Source of the DNA: Podarcis tiliguerta | Taxonomy: Eukaryota | Assembly: GCA_965153285.1 (NCBI GenBank) | Contig: OZ229112.1 | Reading direction: 5' to 3' (one strand) | Length of the DNA: 64,000 nt | Shown: positions 12,499-24,400 of the stretch, in pieces | How the letters are laid out: the number at the start of each line of letters is the position of its first letter | Position numbering within the stretch: the first letter of the stretch is position 1 | Position numbers and translations under genes: made by a program | Notes under the pieces: model-generated | Told to the model about the DNA's origin: nothing | What the model saw: the letters and a program-made list of their open reading frames with translations, nothing else | The model's database searches: none

Positions 12499-14869
12499 GG
12501 ACCCCCCTGAGTCGGAGCCTGGCGACCTCTGTACACCCACCAGATGAGTCAAGGAATTCTCCGAGCAGCGTCCAGGGGGATGCTCTGGCCGTCCGCCCCC
12601 AAAGCACCGCGGGCTCTGGTCGAACTCAAGGCCGTGCATCGCCAGGGAAGAGGATGTGCACGAGGCAGCAGAGCCTTTGCTTGAAAGCGGAGTCCTTGAA
12701 TGCATGCAGCTTAAAGCCACTGGCTTGGTGGCAGCGACGTCTTAAGGGCAGCCAAGGGAGTGCTGGGTCACGATAAAGCCAGTGCTGGAAACAGCAAGCA
12801 AGACAGGTGGATGTCATCCCACAAGCACTCCAAGGGAGTTGCTAGAATGAGGCTAAGCATGCCAGGACAGGTTGTAGTATTTGGCTAAGCCCTTAAGGAT
12901 CTGGTAACTCTTGGTCAGAGTCATTGGAGGTATCCTATGGCCTGTCTGTTTACTCAAGGGGGCCCAGGAACTGCTCTGTGTATGCCCCACCACCCTCTAG
13001 CACAGGTGATATGGGACTCCCATTCTGCCTAGAGGCCTTTCAGTCTGTTTTCAAACTCCATAAGCTCTCCTAAGGACCTTGTGGTGCCATGAGCCACTTT
13101 GCTGCCTACATTGACCATTCTAGATCATTGTCTTGCCCATTGTGTCCTGTACTACATCCAGTTCTGATCTGGCTGCAAATGTTTGGAACCTCTGAAACAA
13201 AACCCTTCTCTTCCCCTCCTCCCTGAAGGGTTTATTCAGACCCTGATTTCACACATCGTGCTCCCTAGAACCTCATTTTCTCAGCTCTGGTGTCAGGAAG
13301 GGTCAAAAGCAAGCACTAAGCCAACTTCCCCTTCTCAGTCTCAGATGGTTGGCCTGAGACTCTTCACTTGCCGGAAGAGAAATGGCTGTGTATGAAGCTG
13401 GAAATATGAGGCCTAGCAATCCTGATTCCAAGGCCTGATGTCTGTGAGAGATCAAACTTGGGCGTGAACCAGAAGCAACCATGATAGCACTTTTCAGTAG
13501 CACATGTTGAACCATACTGATGCCTTAAGGCAAAAAAGTATACTTCCGAGGATGTATCCCAAAACATTGGTCCATCAAGCTTGGTAGTGTCTGCACTGAC
13601 AACAGCTGCACTGGCAACAGCTCTTCAGGGTTTCAAATTCGGGGTCTTTCTCAACCCTTCCTGAAGTTGGTGAGGATGGAGCCTGAGATCTTTTGCATGC
13701 AAAGGTTCTGTCACTACAAACAGTTATTCTCCTTCCCTATGTGGAAGTAAAGGCGGTGGGTGATCTCATAAAACAATTCATATTTGGCTACATAGTGACA
13801 GCAATGAAGGCAGTACACACGTTTGGAAAAGAGTGGGAAAACTCATTCAAAGACCCATTTGCTGGAGGGCAAGATAGTCTGTATAGACACTGTCTACGCT
13901 TGCGTGCATGTTCTTGGTGCACGTCAAAATGCAGGTGGTGTCCATGCACACTGTTGCTCGCATCTCGATGCACCCTTATGTGTAGGTAGAGATGCTCATC
14001 TGGAGAGGGGTGCTTGGGGTGCTCTGTTGGCCCTGCCTCCAACTCCCGCCTCTGACTTCCGCCTTCCTAACTTCTGCAGAGAACCTGCGTACATACAGAT
14101 CCAGCATTTATAGGATCACAACACACAATCTGTGCCCTACAAAAATGGAAGGTACAAACTGCACATTCAGAGTCTATTTGCATCGAACTGTATGCACGCA
14201 GTCCCTTGCACAGAATACCAACAAACAGAGGTCACAGGTGGGATCAGTAAGCAGAATAACATTTCAACCCAGGGTTGGGCTTCAGACTGGGGGTAATGCA
14301 GCTTCGAAGTCACGACAGATACCAGTCTGGTTGCCAAGGCAATGGGGACCTGTTCCTCCTGCTGCCTTAAACGTTTCTGCTCCCTTTTGAGGGAACACTC
14401 CCTAGTTTTTTTTAAAAAAACAACCCAAAATGGCATGTGCTCTTTGAGAGGCATAAAAATGATTATAGAACTTTTATTCCCACCCCTGTTTTCAGCTCAG
14501 CCTTCAAATCTCCTGTTTTAATAAGTAACACAACTGAGTCAGACGGCGGTATGGTAAACAGTTCCCTTACCTTCAGTTCCCTTACCTTCAGTGGGCCAGT
14601 TCCACTTCAGGTATACCAGAGACAGTGGTCTTTCTGTCAGGGTTGTCCCTGCGGCTGTGGCTTAGGCACGCCATGCATGTTTTCCTCATTGACCTCCCTT
14701 GTTCTTTCCCCTGTGACCCCAAAATAAGAATACATGAGCACCCTAGTTTCATGGTCAAGGAGGTTACATGTCTGGAAATGCAACTTGAGTAAAGCAAAAA
14801 AAAAGGGGGGGGTTCACCATAAATATTATTTTTGTAATACACAGTTGATGAATGGTTGTAACTTTATAA

Positions 14870-14875
14870 AATAAA
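14870..14875 (+). terminator. Candidate DLK2 polyadenylation signal (AATAAA), implying a ~2.4 kb 3' UTR
   Basis: AATAAA preceded by U-rich sequence with several TGTA elements (14821-14869). Confidence 0.45.
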
Positions 14876-17800
14876 TTCAGGAAATTGAGTATATGAACCA
14901 GCACCTTCCTGCTCCTCCACAGACTTCCCCTCTCTTGGATGATGTCATTCCATGCCTTGTCCCATCACGTACCACTGGGCCCATCTCCAAACCACAATGG
15001 TTCCCCTCTAACCACAGGTCCTGACCTGCCAGAATTGCTATCATCTTTGGCTCACTGTCAGCCCTACGAGAAAGAGGGTGACCTCCTTTGCAAAAGAATT
15101 CCAAATTCCCTACAGAGGGGTAACAAGTGCTTGAAAATCTCTTATGTCCAGATTTCAAGAAAGTACTGCCATTTTGAACTGCTCTAAAAGGTCTGGAGGG
15201 AGGAGGTGGTCCAGCCAAGAAGATAAGAGTACTAAAAGCCATATGCATATGGGAGAGTAAGTAGAGTAATTTCCACTACACTTTTCCATGTACAACTTGC
15301 TTTAGAGTTATTATTTTTAATCAACTGTATCTCCTTCATGTGCTGTAGGTTAAGCAGGGAAATAGAGTGACTTACCCAAAACTATCCAGTATGAAGCATG
15401 ACTTAAATGCAGAATGCGAAACTGTGTACCCCTCCTCCCCTAACTGCTCAAACGCAACACAGCTTTCATGTCTCAGCGTAGATGGCAAAGAGAGCAGCGA
15501 GGAAAGATCCCAGTTACAAATGGTACGGAATGAACAGCTGCCTGGTGCTGCCTGGGCTTGGTTCATTCAGAGGGGAGAGCAGCTATTCAGGCCCTGCGGA
15601 CCAAGCCGCCTACTCATGAGCAGCAAATTCAGAAAGGTGGGGTCCCTTCATGATAGTCACAGCCACGCCCCTTCTCAGATTATACAACCTAAGATTACAC
15701 AATTTTATAATTATAGAATAGTAATTATTTTAAGCATTTAGGATCTATACACCTAGATCTTCGGGGGGGGGGGGCGTTTCTATGCACATATATGGGCAAA
15801 TGATTTGGAGTCATGTTTACCATGAAGTTCCATTGTACATAACCAAACTTGCACGCCATTCTCTTAAAAATGAAACACTTTGTGTTTTCAGCATTCCTAC
15901 ATGCTTAAAAGCCCCCCTTTCATTCTGAGTGGGTGGCACTAAGATGCTGGAGACAGCGAGCCCACTGCACACACTGGGAAAAGTAAAAGCTTGGGAATGA
16001 CCAAAAGCACTCCCAGGCAACCGGCTTGTTGGTCATTCCTTCTGATTTGTTTGTAAGGAGGTCAGAAGACACGGCATCAAAGCAGGTGTCGTCTCACATT
16101 TTCTAGTCTATTCCCCTGTCACTTTCCGTATCGCAAAAAGTCCAGCCTTTGGGGGAAATAGTTGTGCAAGACCTCCACGTCAACTCTAGCTGTGCAACCT
16201 GAATTTGCCAGTATGTGGTTGAATCCCACCTGGAAATACCAACAGCCTGGAAGTGCCGCAAGTGAGAAATGCATCAAGTAACACGGTGAAGTTGAAACTG
16301 CGTCAAGAGAAAGCCGGTTTCTGTAACCTGCCCATACCCTGCAAAATTGCCTCGACCTTTTTGCATGCTTTATTTTCCTTCTGCTAGATGTGGGACAGGC
16401 AAAGAAGCTGTATCAGGCAGTGTCATCCATCCTAGGAATCCTGCCCTCCCTTCCCCAGGTTTTTTCTTCACCAGTTATTGCCTCCGTGCTTTCAAGCTCA
16501 TCCTTGCAGGTTTTACGAAAAAGCTGCTTAACACTATCCTTGCCCCTAGCTGAGGTCCTGAGCAAAGGTGCTGCAATCTGCACCCAGTACCAATGTCCTT
16601 ACTTTTGCTCTGAAAGCATGTAAGAAGTGGCTTTCCTATGGAGGTTGAGAACAAGTCTTTCGGAAATTGGGATTTGAGGGGAAATGTACAGAGTTAAGGA
16701 GCAAACAAAGGGAGGTTGTTCCAAGCATAGGAAGTGGCAGAAAAGAAAGTGAGACTGGAGAAGGGAAGAAAAACAGCTGACGGTAGATGGGGCAGAGCAG
16801 AGGGGAGGGTGCAATGAAGCAAACAAGCAAAGCATCCTTTGAATATGCCAGTTTGCTGTAGGGCTTCATTGTTTGCTAGCGTCAGAGAATAAGTGACACA
16901 CAAAGTGAGAAGAGCTGTTGCATGCTGGCCTTGCTGGTGGGCTTCCTGTATGTATCTGTGAGAAGAATGTGCTGGACTTGATTGGCTTTTGGCCTGATGC
17001 ATCAAAGGTCTTCCTATGCTCCTAGCCATTTTTACCTGTAGAGTGCATATTTTGTGGCAAATTAACTGATGAGATGCACAGCCTGCAGACAAAATGGATA
17101 TCCAATGTTTCCAGAAATCCATTTGGAAGGTGGGGGGAAAGAGGAGTCCTGGGTTCATGGAACAGTAGGCAGCGGTGACAGAAGAGTGATGATTCTTAAG
17201 GGGGAAAGGCAAAAATGTAATGTTTTTAAAAGCATCATAATCTTCTTACAGGAAAATATTAATTTCTTTATTCCTTTATGCAAACACCACCATTCTCCAT
17301 ACACATACTATTCTCAACCCAGAAAGGAAAACCCCTCTTCACAGGTCCCACCTTTTTGAACATGAGGCGTGGCATGAATCTACTTCTGCCAAGCTCTTTC
17401 CAGATTCCAGCTGCACAGCAACTTCCCTGATTATTCTGCAACACCCACTGCTGAACATGTCAGGTTACGTACACACAATCTCTTACTTGCTCTTTAAGAA
17501 CATTGTGGAATTCCAAACATTACTTCAAACATTCCATTAAAGGGTACTTCCTGATGGTGATTTTGCAAGCGGATCTAGTGCACCTCCATTGGTTTCAGTT
17601 TGTACACAATTCCATCCCCTACTGATTCCTGCCTCTCTGCCTATTTACACTGCAGATTGCAGTGAAGATAGGATCCAGAGTGGACATCACAAGTGTGCGT
17701 GCATATACACAGACACACAACAATGTAAAACAAGTACTGTACAGGGACTGTGGGACCCTCCAATGTTGTTGGACTACAGTTCCCATTATTCCTGACCATT

Positions 17801-19832
17801 AACCAAGCTGGCTAGTGCTAATGGGAGCTGGAGTTCAACAACATCTGAAAGGCCAAGTATTTCCTATCTATGGTGTTTCCTATCACAAGTGTGAATTCTC
17901 CTAGTGTTTCCCATATGTAAAATGAACTTGTTGTTTCCCACAATATATCCATGCTTTATCCCTTAAGAATATGTTGCATAAATTTGTGATTATACATGAA
18001 ACTTTGTACATGCAAGCTGCATTGGTGCTCAGCTAGTTGAGTGGTGCACTTTTAGTTCTTTCTTTCTGCATGTGAAACAGCAGAAACTGAATCTGAAACC
18101 ATTTGCGTGCAACACATGTGCTCTACCACTGAACTAGGGCCATTTCAAATTTCTCTACTACACAGTTTATAATACTGGTGTCTTTCATAAGATGATATGC
18201 TTGGGTTCCATTTCCTTCCAGCGAGTTACAAAGAATCAACAGAGGGAGAATCTGCCAAAAAAGCACTTGAACATACTGTATTGCCAAGGTGTGCTTGAAT
18301 GCAGCAGAAGAGTTGTCAGCCAACTTCCTGCATTACTACTTCCAAACACCATTTCACTGGAGTAGCTATCCTTTTGTCAGAGGCATAAATCTTGTACTTG
18401 CATGTCACTGCAAGCCCTGCTTCTGATGCGTTTTGTTCTGACTTTGTGTAGGTCTAAATGTCTTCATAGTTATGTTAATTCATATTAATATTTGGCTTCT
18501 ATAAAGTTAGTTATTCCAGGAAAATGTACTCTTTAAGGGTGCATTCCTGTGTACAGCCAGTCAGCTTGAATCCCATCTATCAAACTGCACAGCACTGCAG
18601 CTTAAGTTAATAGATCAGGGGTACCACCCTGTATAAACTGGTACTGTAATTCGTGTACTCAATTGCACTTTGCATTTCTTCTGGACAGATGGTCCAGAGA
18701 ATAGGTTCAACCGTTCAACGTATTTCAAGTTTAATATGGCAATGGCAGACTCAAACCAAAAGAGTACCATAATGTTTTAAATTCCTTTCTGTTTATCTAG
18801 CCGTATCAGAACGGCTCAAGGTGGGTAACTCCTGAGCCAACAATTGCAACAATTAAACTACACTCATCTCATCCTACTTCTCCATACAGTAGGAGCTTTT
18901 GCACTACTTGCAGACAAAATTCAGTTAAATAGGGTCTAAAACTGTACAGGAACATAGGAAGCTGCTGAACCATCTAGTCCAGCATTTGTCCATGGAACCC
19001 AGTAATGTCTACTCCAGACTTCCCCAGCTAATGACTTCAAGAGGTTTCGGACTACAATTGCATCAGCCCCAGCCAGTGCATGCTGACTATGGTTGATGGG
19101 AATTAAGGTTCAAAACCTCTTGAGGGCACCAGGTTGGGAAAGGCTAATCTACTTTGAGCAGTAGTGGTTGCTAGCATGCACTTACCACCAAGCTATGGAC
19201 CCTCCTCCATATTAGTTTCTGCCCCTTAACAACTTTCTAATGTGTACTATATTTCTTATTTAGTACCTACCTCTCTTGTTTACTCTTGCTCTCAGAGAAG
19301 CTCACAAAAGTATGCACAACTCAAATGATCTTTTCACATTATGAACCGGGCCGATGACACCTTGATGAAAGTTTGGGACAATGAATTGAAATAATCTCAG
19401 AGTGTGTAATTATGTAAGGAGCACCTAGTCAAATGCACAGCGAACAAAACAGATATGCATATTCAGTTTTGAAAGCGAGCATGATTGACATCATCCTGAC
19501 AGTTTAGAACAAGAACAGGTTTACAAAAATTGCAACTGCAAAATTTCTGCCAGATACAAAACCAAAGATTCCGATTCAGCTTGGAAATCATGTCTGAAAT
19601 AAACACAAACACATTAAGGAATTAGGCTTCCAACGTTGTTTGGTGAATACTATTTTATGAATCTGATTATATAAATGTTATTATTAATTTATATACTACT
19701 TCATTTCCAAGATGGCCTCCTACTGGTTTATAAGTATAAAACCAATGATACATAATTAAAACATATAATAAAACAAGTTAAATTAAGGCACTAAAATAAA
19801 CATTCACAATTAAAATATGTAATAAAAATAAA

Positions 19833-20190
19833 GGGACACGGGTGGCGCTGTGGGTAAAAGCCTCAGCCCCTAGGGCTTGCCAATCGAAAGGTCGGCGGTT
19901 CGAATCCCCGCGGCGGGGTGCGCTCCCGCTGTTCGGTCCCAGCGCCTGCCAACCTAGCAGTTCGAAAGCACCCCCGGGTGCAAGTAGATAAATAGGGACC
20001 GCTTACTAGCGGGAAGGTAAACGGCGTTTCCGTGTGCGGCTCTGGCTCGCCAGAGCAGCGGTGTCATGCTGGCCACGTGACTCGGAAGTGTCTTCGGACA
20101 GCGCTGGCCCCCGGCCTCTTGAGTGAGATGGGTGCACAACACTAGAGTCTGTCAAGACTGGCCCGTATGGGCAGGGGTACCTTTACCTTT
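19833..20190 (+). mobile_element. Full-length Sauria SINE (POM-like) with target-site duplication
   Basis: gggacacgggtggcgctgtggg head, box B ggttcgaatccc, (ACCTTT)n tail; AATAAAAATAA duplicated at 19821-19831 and 20191-20201. Confidence 0.92.
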
Positions 20191-20859
20191 AATAAAAATA
20201 AGCCCATTACAACAGCACAACGAAAAAGTTTAAAACAACAGTTGGTTAATAATATAAATTTTAATCAGTCAAATCAGCATATGAATAAGAACAAGGGGAA
20301 CAAAAAGCTATCTCCCTTGGTTTTAATCAATGTACAATGACAATGAGTCAGAGCTGGTGGGGCAGCAGCTTTCCAGGATGTCAAGCAGAAATCTAGCAGG
20401 CAGTGTGAAATATCTCTGTCCAAGACCTTGGGAGCTGCTGACAGAGTAGACAACGCTGAACTAAATGGACAAATATTCTGAGCTGCAATAGGGCACCTTC
20501 CTATAATCGGATTAGAAGAGTCATCCCCCCCCTTTTTATCATTTTAAAATGATACTTTCCGTTTGCATATTTACAACAATTTAGTTTTCATTACGATTTT
20601 TATTATTTTACATCTGAGGACTGATTAATTGGGGGACAGCCTTTTTTGGTCAGCCAACTAAACATTGCAAGCCCCCTGCTTTTCCTCTGAAATCCGCCTA
20701 TATACAGATCAGTGATCAAATGACACGAGAGCCGGAGGAAGCCTGTGTTCTGAATCAGCTGAAATTCTCGCAGACCCCTGTTGAATACAGAACACATCAA
20801 AAGGAGAACGGGAAACTCGGGGTATAGTGCTCTACCGTTTTCTCTCTCTATGAATTCTG

Positions 20860-21480
20860 AGTTACCAGGCCGGACGGAGCCCACTGATATATTTTTGGCC
20901 CCCCAGCGGCCTCTAGCGTCTGGGAGGATGCCTTACATCCCCGGGCAGGCGCAAAGGCCACGTGACTCGAGTTCCGCCGCCGCCATTTTGTAAGGACGTC
21001 GGAAGGAAGCGTCTTCCCAGCCCGCCCACCCACCCCCGATTAAGCAGCGTTTGCGTCCGGTGCTACGTGCGCGCGCGAGGAGCGGGGGCAGTTGATGCGT
21101 GCGCAGAGCGGGGGCTGGGAAGGGAGCTGGCGAGAGCGGCCTTGGCGGCGGCGGAGGCGCTACTCTTGTCGTGATGCACCGCTCCAGCAGCAGCCGTTCG
21201 AGCAAGCCGTCTTCCAGCCGGTCCAAAACCAGCGCATCCAGCTCTAGTTCGGCTCGAGGCCGCAGCTCGCACCGCTCGCGGTCGCGCTCGCGCTCGCGCT
21301 CCCGGTCTCCGCGGAGCCGCCGCCGGCACCGCTCGCCCTCCAGCGGACGCTCTTCGCGCCGGTCGCCGCCTTCGCGCCGCAGTAGTCGGGTACGCTCTGC
21401 CCGTGGCGGCGGTGGCGGAGGCTGAGGGGGTTGCGGGTTGGGGAATTGGCCCGGCCTCAGCGAATTTAAGACGCCTCCGA
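20860..21480. promoter_or_regulatory. CpG-island promoter, probably bidirectional
   Basis: Very high GC and CpG density; E-box CACGTGAC (20959-20966), YY1 CGCCATTTT (20981-20989), ETS CGGAAG (21000-21005), NRF1-like TGCGTGCGCA (21096-21105); overlaps first exon of the ZNF318-like gene. Confidence 0.9.
21174..21389 (+). CDS. ZNF318: ZNF318-like exon 1 (Arg/Ser-rich)
   Basis: ATG CAC CGC TCC (MHRSS, cf. MYRSS); RSRSRSRSRSRSP; donor CGG|gtacgc, phase 0. Confidence 0.82.
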
Positions 21481-24400
21481 GAGCCAGTGTGGTGCAGTGG
21501 TTAAGAGCGGTAGACTCTAATCTGGTGAACTGGGTTCGCGTCTCCGCTCCTCCACATGCAGCTGCTGGGTGACCTTGGGCCAGTCACACTTCTTTGAAGC
21601 CTCTCAGCCCCACTCACCTCACAGAGTGTTTGTTGTGGGGGAGGAAGGGAAAGGAGAATATTAGCCGCTTTGAGACTCCTTCGGGTAGTGATAATCCAAC
21701 CCAAACTCCTCCTCTTCCGCCTCCCCAGCATCCAGGACTGCCTGCTCACCTCAGTACAGTGGTATCTCGGGTTACATACGCTTCAAGTTACATACGCTTC
21801 AGGTTACAGACTCCGCTAACCCAGAAACAGTGCTTCAGGTTAAGAACTTTGCTTCAGGATGAGAACAAAAATTGTGCTGCAGCGGGAGGCCCCATTAGCT
21901 AAAGTGATGCTTCATGTTAAGAACGGACCTTCAAAACAAATTAAGTATTTAACCCGAGGTACCACTGTACCTTCCCCAAGGAGCATCCCCCATCTCTCGC
22001 ACCTAACTGCCACTTACCGGAATAGCCAGCTGTTTTCCTGCCCCCAACTTAGTTTTATATAACATCATGGCCCACATTTCTGGGCGTGCGCCCAGCAATC
22101 TTGAGCATCCCTAAGCAATCTTACCCGTGATCCCAGCCTTTGCTCTGTGGTGATGCGAAGGAGGTCGAAAGGCTTAATGACAGCTGGAGGGGAAGCTTTG
22201 CCTCAAAGTAGAGAAACATGAAGTGTGCAACAGCCCTGTGTATCCTACATCTGAGAGGAAATCACCTTGGATTTAGTAAGACTTCTGAGTAGACCCGTCT
22301 CAGGTTGAGCTGCACGTTCCTTTCTTTCCTTCATTTCTACATGAAGGAAAGTGGCCGGTGATTTTTGCGCGCGCACACAATACCCTTAACAGGTTAAGGC
22401 AATACCTGTAGATTTGGTTTGTGGTGGGGAGGAGCTTAGGTTTATTTTTACCAAAGGTTCGTGGATCGTTGAATGAATTTGAAAAATAGGATGGCTGCTA
22501 AAGCATATTGGGCGCATAAACCTGGTTGGATTACAGTGGTGCCCTGCAAGACGAATGCCTCGCAAGACGGAAAACCCGCAAGACGAAAGGGTTTTCCGTT
22601 TGCAGAGGCGCTTCGCAAGACGAATTTCCCTATGGGCTTGCTTCGCAAGACGAAAATTGACGAAAATTCTTGCGATTTTTTTTCGCTCCAAAACCCCTTT
22701 TTGTGAAGCGCTAAGCTGCTAAAAGCATTTTAGCAGCAAAACCGCTAATCCCTTAAGCCTTAAAAAGCCGTTTTTAGCCCTTAAAATGTCAATAGCGCTA
22801 ATCCGCTAATGGGCTTGCTTTGCAAGACAAAAAAACCGCATGACGAAAAGACTCTCAGAACGGATTCTTTTCGTCTTGCGAGGCACCACTGTACTTGAAA
22901 ATTATTTCAACCAAAATCAACACAGCTAATGGATAGTCATGCTTAGGATCAAACTGTGAATTTCAGAGAAGATTAGCCTTTGGAAGTGATTGTCCTTCAC
23001 TTTTCATATTTGTCAATAACCAAATACTTAAAGATCTTAAAGGCTGGGGAAGAAGAAGAAAAGAGGCTGCATTTGCATGATCAGATCTTGGCCTAATGAG
23101 CTGAGATGTGCATAAATTTACTGAACTCCGCATGCAATCTCTTTGGTCCCCTGTCCCCTTTGTTCAAGTGGGAAACATGCCAGGAAACCATAGTTATTCT
23201 GTTAATTGGAAAGCTGGTCAATGGCTTCCAAGGAGGCTAGAAAATGAAGCCATTGAAATAAAATTTGCTTCCAGTTCCTGTCTTGTTTGGAAGCCAGTGT
23301 TTGGATGTAACAGTACACTGCTGTTAGTTTTGATGCCTGGCTTTAGGAACGGAGCTGAGCAAGCTGCATGTGGATTTGTGACTCTGCACATATCTTGGCT
23401 TAATAAACTGAGATTTGATTATCTAGATAGCAGGAGGAAGCAGAGTGAGGAGATAAAATGCTTCCAAGAGTTAAGTTCACCTATCTAAAAATGTCTATTA
23501 GAACTTGGAAGTGCCCTGTTCCACTGATGGACTATCTCCCTGTTCCATTACTAATTAATTTTAAGAAACAACCCATTCCTAGAATTGACCGCTTTTATGT
23601 GAAAAATGGGGGTGGACAGTGGTTTTTTGGTGGTCTATGTCACTAGCAATAAATTGGGAGGCTTCCTATTCTTCTAAATGGTACAATTGTCAATTTAGCT
23701 GCATTTTCTCATTACATTGTTGGTGTACATATTATCAGATGTCTTCGCTGCACATTATAAACATTAGGTGCATGTAGTGTTTTTCAAATCCACATCAATT
23801 GTAGTAAAATTTGCATACTGCATTAATATTGGCTTATTTCTTAAATAGCATCATGAACCCCCTGCCTCATAGTAACTTACGTGGCTATGAGAATTCTGAT
23901 GTTTTGTTATTTTAATTGTAGAGACGCTCTCCAGGCAAGCGCTCTCACTCTCCGGGCAAGCGCTCTCACTCTCCGGGCAAGCGTTCTCACTCTCCGGGCA
24001 AGCGATCTCACTCTCCGGGCAAGCGCTCTCACTCTCTGGACAAGCGCTCTCACTCTCCAGACAAACGCTCTCCAAGTTTGAGTGATGGGAACAGGTAAGG
24101 CTTCTCTGAATGCCAGTCTCTCATAATTAACCTTGGTTATCTTTCTTGGTACTTGTCGCATGGGTAATATAAAACACCACAACCTGATTGTAAGACGTTG
24201 TGGGAAATGTATAGGACATGTTGGGAATCTCATATAGGACAGACATATTTAACTCTCTTATTGACATATTTTTAATACCTCCCTTGGTATAGATTTAAAA
24301 TGTTAGGAATTAAAGAGCGGCATTGAAAACATGTCTCGGTTTAATTTCATACAGCCTTTTTATAAATAAGAGCAGGATGGAGATGGATAAAAAGTACATA

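Noticed and set aside
21099-21425. Stand-alone protamine-like or SR micro-gene
   Set aside because: A phase-0 donor at 21389 links it to ZNF318 exon 2; it is exon 1 read into the intron.
23851-24233. Repetitive ORFs (CPESESA, ASALTLR, RVRALAR) or a CRISPR-like array
   Set aside because: These are alternative frames of the 21-bp coding repeat; splice sites support only the KRSHSPG frame, and there are no unique spacers.
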